64,000 nt of DNA from positions 8,594-72,593 of the forward strand of contig JBCDAZ010000002.1 in NCBI GenBank assembly GCA_039184655.1, written 5' to 3'. Each line of letters begins with the position of its first letter. Within the stretch, counting starts at the first letter, position 1. The position numbers and the translations under genes are program-made. The notes under the pieces are model-generated. The model was not told the DNA's origin. It was given only the letters and a program-made list of their open reading frames with translations, and did not search any database. The stretch is from Pseudomonadota bacterium. GTDB lineage: Bacteria; Pseudomonadota; Alphaproteobacteria; Rhodobacterales; Rhodobacteraceae. This document shows, one piece after another, positions 21,401 through 28,260 of this stretch.

Positions 21401-24400
21401 AGAGGGCTGGGCGCTGCATGCGATCGGCACAGTGCGGGCCGAAGCGTCGGATCGGCGCTTGCAGATCGATGCGCCCGTCGAAGACGCAGCGGTCGAGACC
21501 GCGCCTGCAGCGCTCTACGGCCTGCTCGATGACATCGGCCTTGCCTACGGGCCGGCCTTCCGGCTTGCCGATGCGCTGCGCAGCGATGCCGCGCGGGCCG
21601 AGGCGGTTATCCGTGCCGAGAACGGCCCCCAAGATTCGCGCTTTGCCTTGAACCCGGCGCATCTCGATGCCGCGATGCATGCGGTTTTTCCGATCCTTAT
21701 GGCGCATGCGTCGGCCGGAAGGGCCGAGGGTACGGTGTTTTTGCCGGTGCGCATCGGAAGGCTGCGTCTGGCCCGGCCCGGCACCGCTGTTGGTCTCGTC
21801 CGGGTCGCCGTTACCAGGCACTCCCCCCGCGGTGTCGATCTTGCGCTGGAGCTTTTAGGCGCCGACGGCTCGGTCGTGGCGGTGGTCGAGGGGCTGCGCC
21901 TGCAAGCGACCCGGCTGCGCGGACGCGCGGGGCATGAGGCGCTGACCTGGCAGCAACGCCTGGTCCGGCTGCGCGAACCCGATGGGCGTGTGCACCTGCC
22001 CTCGGGCTGGCGCGCGCCGGACAACCGGTTGCGCGCGCTGGGGGTTGCGACCGTAGACGAGCCCGATCCGGATGCCGGGCTGCTGTTGGTCGATGCGGCT
22101 TGCCGGCGCCTGGCCTGGGACAGCGTCGCAGCGCTTGTCGGCCCGCAGGGGCGCCTTCTCGGAGCAGCCAACCCGGTGCTCGCTCGGCTTCTTGTCGCAC
22201 TGGAAGAGGACGGTCTTTTCGAACCGGACGAAACCGGCGGCCGGATCCTTGCCGACTGCCCCTACCCCACGATGTCCGAAATCGTGGCCTCGATGACGCG
22301 CGAGGCGCCGGAGCGAGCGCAGGAGCTGATGGAGCTTATGCGCCTGGAGCGGCTCTTGCCGACGCTCGCGGCCGATCCTGACGGGCTTGCGGATGTGCAG
22401 CCCGCGCCAAGCGGAATGGATCTTTCTGCCGGACAGCGACAGATCTGGCAAAGCATGGGGCGCGTCGCTTCCGATCTGGCTCAGGGATGGTCGGCTAAGG
22501 AGCGCTTGAGCGTCCTTATCCTGGGCGAAGCGCCGGCGACGATCGTCGACACGCTATGCCGGGCAGAGCGGGCCTGCGACGTCGTCGTCGCCCATACCGA
22601 GGAACGGGTGGTGGAGCGGTTACGCCAAACGCTTCCCGCCGCGCCCGGGCTGCAGGTGGTACCGCTGGCAGAGGCGCTGCGGCCGTTTCGCTTCGACGTC
22701 GTGCTCTGCGTCGACCTGCTGGACGGGCTTGACGAGGCCGGCCGCGATGCGCTTTCGGCCAGCCTTGCGCTGTCGGGCCTACTTGTCGCTGCCATGACGG
22801 AACCCTCGCTGATCCAGGCGCTGCGCCAGATTGTGCGCGAGCGCGGTGCCGCCGCCCGTGCTTCGTCGCGCGCTGCCGATGTCGAAACGGCGCTTGCGGC
22901 AGGGTTTCGTGACATCACGGCGCAAACGCTGGCCACCGGCGCGGTCGAGGCCCGCATTCTCACGGCCCGGCCTCGCCACCAAGCGGTTCGGGCCAGCCTG
23001 CCGGTGCCGGCCGAGGGGCCACGGCGCCTGGCGCTCTTGGTGCTGACCGACCGGCGCGAGGAGAACCGCCGCATCGCAGCCCTTTTGGAGGCCTCGCTGG
23101 TCACGGCCGGGCTCGACGTGCGGCAATGCCTCGCCGGCGATCGGATCGCATTGGAGGAGGCGGTCAGCGAGGTCGTGCATCTGGCCGACTTGCCGGATGC
23201 CGACAGCGATCCGATGGACACGGCGACCCGGCGCATCGAAACCTTGCGGGACATTCTCGACGCTCCGGCCCAGCCCGAGCGGGTCTGGGTCGTCACCCGT
23301 GGCGGCGCACCCATCGACGGTGCCGTCGAATCGCGCGCGGCCCCCCAGGACATGCCCCAGACCAACGATGCCGCGATTTGGGGCGCCACGCGCGTGGTTA
23401 CCAACGAATACCCAGCGATCGAGTTTCGCCAGATCGATTTTCCGGTCGCAACCGCCCCGGAGACGCTGGCCGAGAACATCTGTTCCTTGATCATGTCGGG
23501 CACCGATGAGGCGGAGATCGTCTTCGACGAGGCCGGCTTCTTGGCGCCGCGGGTCGAGCCTGGTCCAGATATCGAGGATGCCGGCCAGGGCCGTGCGCTC
23601 CAGCTTCGGATCGGCCAGCAAGCGGTTCTCGACACCCTGTCCTGGCGCCCCGCTGAGCGTCGCGACCCGGGCCCGGGAGAAATCGAAATCGAGATCCGGG
23701 CGACCGGTCTGAACTTTCGCGATCTGATGTGGGCGCAGGGGCTTTTGCCCGACGAGGCGCTGGAGGATGGCTTTGCCGGTGCGACGCTGGGGATGGAGTG
23801 CGCGGGCATCGTGGCAAAGGCCGGCAAGGGCAGCGCTTTTCGCCGCGGCGATGCGGTGATCGCCTTTGCCCCAGCTTGCTTTTCGACCCATGTGACGGTG
23901 GCCTGCGAGGCCGTGGCGCGACTTCCGGCCGGGGCGACGCTTGAGACCGCGGCCGCGATCCCGACGATTTTTGTAACGGCGCAATATGCGCTGGCCACGC
24001 TGGCCAATCTGCGACGCGGGGACGTGCTGCTTGTGCATGGCGGCGCCGGTGGGGTGGGCCTGGCCGCGGTTCAGATTGCCAGACGTCTGGGCGCTGAAGT
24101 GATCGCCACCGCGGGCACGCCGGAAAAACGGCGGCTCTTGCGCCATCTGGGCGTTCGGGCGGTCTTTGACAGCCGCAGCCTGGCCTTTGCCGAGGAGGTG
24201 ATGGCAGAAACCGCCGGGCGCGGGGTCGATGTGGTTTTAAACTCGCTGGCCGGCGAGGCGATGGAGCGCTCTTTGTCCTGTCTCAAGCCTTTTGGACGGT
24301 TTGTCGAGCTGGGCAAGCGGGACTTTTACGCCAATACGCGCCTGGGTCTGCGGCCTTTTCGCCGGAACCTGAGTTATTTCGGCGTCGATGCCGATCAGCT

Positions 24401-25823
24401 CTTGCGCGACCGTCCCGATCTTGCGGAAACGCTGTTGTCGGAGGTTGCTGAAGGCTTTGCCGATGGTGCCTACACAGCGCCGCCCTGCCAGATCTTCGAG
24501 GCGGCCGAAATCGTCGATGCCTTCCGTCTGATGCAACAGTCGCGCCATATCGGCAAGGTCATCCTGCGCCCGCCAGCGCTGCCTGCCGCGGCTCCGACCG
24601 CCTTGGTACGGAAACCGGGCGCGCCCGTACGCGGGGCCTGGCTTATCGTCGGCGGGCTCGGCGGGTTCGGCCTCGCTACGGCCCGGCAGTTGGCACGCGA
24701 GGGTGCCGAGGCGATCTGGCTTTCCAGCCGCTCGGGCCGTACGCGCGAGGCGGATAAGACCGCTCTGGAGGCGCTGCGCGCCACGGGCATTCCGGTGATG
24801 CTGCGCGCCGCCGATACAACCGATGCCGCAGCGACCCAAGCGCTGATCAACGAGATTGCGGCGGGCGACGTGCCGCTGCGTGGCGTTGTCCATGCGGCGA
24901 TGCTGCTCGACGACGCACTCTCGGCCGATCTCGACACCGATCGGATATCGGCCGTCATGGCGCCCAAGATCGCGGGTGCATATCAGCTCGACCGGCTGAC
25001 GCGCGAACTCGATCTGGACCATTTCGTGCTGTTCTCTTCGGTTACGACGCTCTTTGGCAATCCCGGGCAGCTGCCCTACGTCGCCGCCAACAGCTATCTG
25101 GAAAGGTTGGCCGTCGAAAGGCGGGCCGCGGGGCTACCCGGATTTGCAATCGCCTGGGGCCCGATCGCCGATCAGGGCTATCTTGCGCGCGACGAGCGGA
25201 CGCGGACGCTTTTGTCGCGCAAGCTGGGCGCGCGGATGCTCACAGCGGCCGAGGCCCTTGCAATTTTTGCACGCCTTCTGAAGACGCCGCCCGATGCCGC
25301 CGTGCTTTCGGTCGCGCCGATGCGTTGGCGGCTTCTTGCCTCGGATCTCAAACTGCTCTCCACACCGCTCTTCCACCGGATCGAAATGGAGGAGGGTGGT
25401 GGCATGAGCGATGGCGTGGCCGATCTGCTCGCCCTGATCGACGGGCTCGACGATGAGGCGGCTGCGGGTAAAATCACCGAGGCGCTGGTCGCCGAGACGG
25501 CCCGTATCCTTAGACAGCCAGCAACGGAAATCGACCCCTACCAACCGTTGACCGAGCTGGGCTTTGACTCGCTCATGGCAATGGATCTTAAGCTTGCGGC
25601 CGAGGAGGCGATGGGCGTGACAATTCCGATCCTGTCCGTAGGCGACGGGATGACCCTGGCCCAGCTTGCTACGCGCATCGTCGGACAGCTTCGCGGCGGC
25701 GGCGGACGGGTCACCGGCGACACCGATGGCGATAAAATCGTCAGCCAGCATCTTGGCGCGCAGGACGCCGAGATCGACGATGATCTGGTGCGCAGGGTAA
25801 GCGAGCGGGCCAATCAGATTTGA
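18405..25823 (+). CDS. Type I polyketide synthase, fully reducing: KS-AT-DH-(pseudo-MT/structural region)-ER-KR-ACP (RkpA-like)
   Basis: KS: DTACSSS (Cys 18936-18938), HGTGT, GHLE. AT: GHSVGE (Ser 20274-20276). DH: HPLIGR (His 21096-21098) and DHVVDGVPVFPAAG. ER: LVHGGAGGVGLAAVQ. KR: GGLGGFG...YVAANSY. ACP: LGFDSL (Ser 25569-25571). No thioesterase domain. Confidence 0.95.
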   Translation: MSERTGQYDIAVTGYACRLPQAATPEAFWRVLADGRCVITEVGADRFETGLVYDPDPAAIGKSYSIAAGQIDDIWGFDPGFFSISPREAAQMDPQQRVLLQVVWEALEHAGLTGPGLDGAGTGVFVGASSSDYSAHFLTDLARVDTQFMTGNTLSIIANRISYLLDLGGPSFTVDTACSSSFYALHAACQTLMSGEIDTAIVGGVNLLVAPGPFVGFSRATMLSPSGLCRAFDAGADGYVRSEGAVVFVLRRLKAALENGEMVRSVLAGSGINSDGRTVGMSMPSSQRQADLLRSMQAQFGIAADDIAFIEAHGTGTPVGDPLEAHAIGSVFGQARQSPLPIGSAKTNVGHLEPVSGLVGLLKAQLALEKGVLPASLHVEAPNPNIDFPALGLEIATQARDLPARDTPWFAGVNSFGFGGANAHALLRQPRADERPACAPVPSVCALTLSAASADSLTVLAASMRDSLSKASEAEAARQVNAAAWRRATLQHRVVVLGTDRDTLLAGLDAFGAGEKSPLVIEGKANRTAGKTAFLFSGNGSQWAGMGHHLHATDPVFRDSFDDIAARFAKIGRVDPSALLFDGDLAERLGSSQVAQPVLFAVQMALVDALAARGLQPDAVAGHSVGEVAAATTAGIIDRADAVRLVHTRSVALDGLRGSGGMAAVSADAAQVEAALAEAGIAGVSIAGINSPRSVTVSGDAGQIKALLAWLRRNRRVAGVMLDVEIPYHSASVEPLRRRMIEDLKGLRPSASTVVYASSTTGQIAHGLTLDTDYWWRNAREVVRFEDAVDALCEAGCRTFVEVSPRPVLAAYVRDKLRVTGHAGSVARTMDQGKRADTGAAEMVAHAFTLGAGIDRRRFFGPKAAMGASLPNYPWANVAVRAQPSTAHADVWGMGDFHPLIGRAVIRGNFCWEGDVNVRSLPWLADHVVDGVPVFPAAGFAEMALAAGTRALPGVAVELTDLEIVRPLVLDRDGGVDTRVTVDPQTGAVRIEARHRLAEEGWALHAIGTVRAEASDRRLQIDAPVEDAAVETAPAALYGLLDDIGLAYGPAFRLADALRSDAARAEAVIRAENGPQDSRFALNPAHLDAAMHAVFPILMAHASAGRAEGTVFLPVRIGRLRLARPGTAVGLVRVAVTRHSPRGVDLALELLGADGSVVAVVEGLRLQATRLRGRAGHEALTWQQRLVRLREPDGRVHLPSGWRAPDNRLRALGVATVDEPDPDAGLLLVDAACRRLAWDSVAALVGPQGRLLGAANPVLARLLVALEEDGLFEPDETGGRILADCPYPTMSEIVASMTREAPERAQELMELMRLERLLPTLAADPDGLADVQPAPSGMDLSAGQRQIWQSMGRVASDLAQGWSAKERLSVLILGEAPATIVDTLCRAERACDVVVAHTEERVVERLRQTLPAAPGLQVVPLAEALRPFRFDVVLCVDLLDGLDEAGRDALSASLALSGLLVAAMTEPSLIQALRQIVRERGAAARASSRAADVETALAAGFRDITAQTLATGAVEARILTARPRHQAVRASLPVPAEGPRRLALLVLTDRREENRRIAALLEASLVTAGLDVRQCLAGDRIALEEAVSEVVHLADLPDADSDPMDTATRRIETLRDILDAPAQPERVWVVTRGGAPIDGAVESRAAPQDMPQTNDAAIWGATRVVTNEYPAIEFRQIDFPVATAPETLAENICSLIMSGTDEAEIVFDEAGFLAPRVEPGPDIEDAGQGRALQLRIGQQAVLDTLSWRPAERRDPGPGEIEIEIRATGLNFRDLMWAQGLLPDEALEDGFAGATLGMECAGIVAKAGKGSAFRRGDAVIAFAPACFSTHVTVACEAVARLPAGATLETAAAIPTIFVTAQYALATLANLRRGDVLLVHGGAGGVGLAAVQIARRLGAEVIATAGTPEKRRLLRHLGVRAVFDSRSLAFAEEVMAETAGRGVDVVLNSLAGEAMERSLSCLKPFGRFVELGKRDFYANTRLGLRPFRRNLSYFGVDADQLLRDRPDLAETLLSEVAEGFADGAYTAPPCQIFEAAEIVDAFRLMQQSRHIGKVILRPPALPAAAPTALVRKPGAPVRGAWLIVGGLGGFGLATARQLAREGAEAIWLSSRSGRTREADKTALEALRATGIPVMLRAADTTDAAATQALINEIAAGDVPLRGVVHAAMLLDDALSADLDTDRISAVMAPKIAGAYQLDRLTRELDLDHFVLFSSVTTLFGNPGQLPYVAANSYLERLAVERRAAGLPGFAIAWGPIADQGYLARDERTRTLLSRKLGARMLTAAEALAIFARLLKTPPDAAVLSVAPMRWRLLASDLKLLSTPLFHRIEMEEGGGMSDGVADLLALIDGLDDEAAAGKITEALVAETARILRQPATEIDPYQPLTELGFDSLMAMDLKLAAEEAMGVTIPILSVGDGMTLAQLATRIVGQLRGGGGRVTGDTDGDKIVSQHLGAQDAEIDDDLVRRVSERANQI

Positions 25824-25831
25824 GGCGTGTG

Positions 25832-27178
25832 ATGACCGACAACCCCCTTTTGGACTCGTTGCGTCGGGCCAGAAGCGCGCGCCGCCAGCGTGGGCGGCAG
25901 GATGGCGCGCCGCTGCCGCAAAAACCGGCCGATCCGGCCCAGCTCAAAGCGCATGATTTTGCCGATCTGCCGGCCAACAAACAGGTCAAGATGACCAAGG
26001 CTGTGGCCGAGCTGACCGGGCTTGCCAGCCCGTTTTTTCGCAATCATGTGGTCACTTCGACCGCGGGCGCTCGGATCAATCAGACCGATTGCATCAATTT
26101 TGCATCCTACAACTATCTGGGCCTAAACGATCATCCGAAGGTGCGCGCAGCGGCGCGCGAGGCGGTCGATCGCTGGGGCGTCTCTGCCGGCGCAAGCCGC
26201 CTGGTTGGGGGCGAACACCCCTACCACCGCCCGCTGGAGGCGCGTTTGGCCGAGGCGCTGGGCACCGATGCTTGCCTCGTCATGGTTTCGGGTCACGCCA
26301 CCAATGTAACAACCATCGGTACGCTGATGGGGCCGCGTGATCTCGTGCTGGTCGACAGCCTGATCCATAACTCGGTGTCCGAGGGCATCCGCCTGTCGGG
26401 CGCGCAGCGCATCAGTTTCCCCCATAACGATTGGGGCTGGGTCGACGAAACGCTGCGGCGCAGCCGAAAGCAGTACGACAATGTGCTGATCGTGGTCGAA
26501 GGGCTTTATTCGATGGATGGCGACAGCCCCGATCTGGCCCGTTTCGTCGAGGTTAAGGCGCGCCATGCGGCCTGGCTGATGGTCGACGAAGCGCATTCGC
26601 TGGGTGTGCTGGGCGAGACGGGTCGCGGCATTGCCGAAGCTCAGGGCGTGGATCCCGCCTCGGTCGAGATCTGGATGGGAACGCTCTCCAAGACCTTGTC
26701 CAGCTGCGGCGGCTATATCGCCGGGCCAAGCGCGCTGATCGAGGTGCTGCGCTACACAGCGCCGGGCTTTGTGTTTTCGGTCGGCCTGGCAGCGCCGCTG
26801 GCGGCAACCGCGCTTGCCGCGCTCGATGTCATGCTCGACGAGCCCGCGCGAATTGCCCGGCTTGAGGCGAATGGGCAACGCTTGCGCCGCCGGGCCGTCG
26901 AGGCGGGGCTCGATACCGGCTATTCCGAAGGCCATGCGGTCACCCCGATCATCATTGGCGACAGCTTCCGCACGGCGATGATCGCCGATGATATCTTGCG
27001 CGACGGCGTAAACGCTCTGCCGATCATCGCCCCCGCCGTGCCGGACAAGCAAGCGCGGTTGCGGTTCTTTCTGACGTCGGAGCATACCGGCGATCAGATC
27101 GACAGGGCCGTGGCCGTGACCGCGGCTGCGGTCGAGGCGCGCAAGGGCGAGGACGTGCTTTCGCGCTTGAAAAACTGA
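25832..27178 (+). CDS. Alpha-oxoamine synthase family PLP enzyme (8-amino-7-oxononanoate synthase / serine palmitoyltransferase-like; RkpG-like)
   Basis: Reads NFASYNYLGL...SGHATN...DEAHSLGVLG...GTLSKTL, with the PLP lysine codon at 26690-26692. The gene begins 9 nt after the PKS stop. Confidence 0.9.
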   Translation: MTDNPLLDSLRRARSARRQRGRQDGAPLPQKPADPAQLKAHDFADLPANKQVKMTKAVAELTGLASPFFRNHVVTSTAGARINQTDCINFASYNYLGLNDHPKVRAAAREAVDRWGVSAGASRLVGGEHPYHRPLEARLAEALGTDACLVMVSGHATNVTTIGTLMGPRDLVLVDSLIHNSVSEGIRLSGAQRISFPHNDWGWVDETLRRSRKQYDNVLIVVEGLYSMDGDSPDLARFVEVKARHAAWLMVDEAHSLGVLGETGRGIAEAQGVDPASVEIWMGTLSKTLSSCGGYIAGPSALIEVLRYTAPGFVFSVGLAAPLAATALAALDVMLDEPARIARLEANGQRLRRRAVEAGLDTGYSEGHAVTPIIIGDSFRTAMIADDILRDGVNALPIIAPAVPDKQARLRFFLTSEHTGDQIDRAVAVTAAAVEARKGEDVLSRLKN

Positions 27179-27432
27179 CGCAATATCTCCTGCACCCGGG
27201 GCGCTTGCGGCAATGCGCGCCCCCCGGCCGTTTCGATGCAAATCCGCCGCACGCGCTGCGACAAGGCCCATTTTGGGCGCGCGGCAAACGTGCTCCAGAG
27301 CACAGCCCTTCTCCGCCAGGCGACTTATCTGGGGGCGTCGATACGGATCGCCATTGGCGCGCAGAGTCCGCCCGTGGCATCCTGACCCCGCTATTGCCTT
27401 CCGCGCTGGAGGATACCGTGACACATCGCCCG

Positions 27433-28209
27433 ATGCCTCGCCCCTTCATGCCGCTCTGTGCCGCCGCCAGCCTGCTTCTGGCAGCTTGCGGCCCGCAACA
27501 AGACCCGCAACAAGACCCGCAACAAGACCCCCGGGAACCGGTGCAAGTGGCACCGATCCCAGGCGCCGTGGATCAAAGCTGGCCGCCGACCGATGAGCCG
27601 CTTTCGATCGCACAGCGCGTGGAGATGCAGCGCCTGCTCAGCGCCCTCGGCTATTCGGTCGGTCCGGCGGACGGCAATCCCGGCGCGCAGACCCGCTCGG
27701 CGATCCGCGACTATCAGGCCACGACGCGGCGTCGTGCCGATGGCGTTCTGTCGACCGAGCTTTTGGCCAGCCTGCGCGCTGACGGGCAGCGCAACGGCAT
27801 CCGGCTTGCTGTACCGACCACAGCGCCTGAGCCGAACGCCCCGCTCGCGCCCGCGGCAACGGTTCGCCCGCCGCTCGATACCGCACCCGCGCGGCGTCGG
27901 TTGCCTGGCGGGCGCCCGGACAATCCGCCCGAGCCGGTGCGTATCGCGGCACCTCCGCCCACCGCATCGGTCGATCGTGCGCCGCAAACGGCACCGGTGA
28001 CGCAAGCATCGGCACCCGATGCGGTTGCGACCCCCAATTCGGTTGCGCCGACAGATGCGCCCCCCGCCGCGCCCCCCGCCGCGCCCGCAACTGCGCCCGC
28101 CGCTTCGCCGGACCGGGCCCGCGACCGGCCCGTCGAGACGCCCGAGCCGACCTTCGTGCGGCGGCGTGTGCCGACCGACACCGATACCGATTCCGGCGGC
28201 TGGAACTGA
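27433..28209 (+). CDS. Lipoprotein with a peptidoglycan-binding (PG_binding_1-like) domain and a Pro/Ala-rich tail
   Basis: Lipobox LLLAAC. QQDP x3 repeat. The PG-binding-like segment reads MQRLLSALGYSVGPADGNPGAQTRSAIRDYQ. Long disordered P/A-rich C-terminus. Confidence 0.75.
   Translation: MPRPFMPLCAAASLLLAACGPQQDPQQDPQQDPREPVQVAPIPGAVDQSWPPTDEPLSIAQRVEMQRLLSALGYSVGPADGNPGAQTRSAIRDYQATTRRRADGVLSTELLASLRADGQRNGIRLAVPTTAPEPNAPLAPAATVRPPLDTAPARRRLPGGRPDNPPEPVRIAAPPPTASVDRAPQTAPVTQASAPDAVATPNSVAPTDAPPAAPPAAPATAPAASPDRARDRPVETPEPTFVRRRVPTDTDTDSGGWN
27493..27528. repeat. 12-bp tandem repeat x3 (CCGCAACAAGAC), in frame just after the lipobox of the PG-binding lipoprotein (QQDP x3)
   Basis: Three perfect copies. 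Confidence 0.95.
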
Positions 28210-28260
28210 CGCTCCGGCATCTCGGCGACGTTGCGCATCCTGGCTGCAGGAGGATTTGTC

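Noticed and set aside
20133-24007. Very long antisense ORFs opposite the PKS (20133-21821, 562 aa; 22481-24007, 508 aa). There are similar ones opposite addB (434-1564), ftsK (47269-48966), mutS (51753-53258), the liv binding-protein gene (34870-36369), aspS (61314-62801), the kpsS-like/SDR genes (16174-17718) and the alpha-oxoamine synthase gene (26123-27424).
   Set aside because: These are typical shadow ORFs of high-GC DNA. Their translations are Arg/Ala/Gly/Pro-rich with no recognisable motifs, while the opposite strand encodes proteins with clear family signatures.
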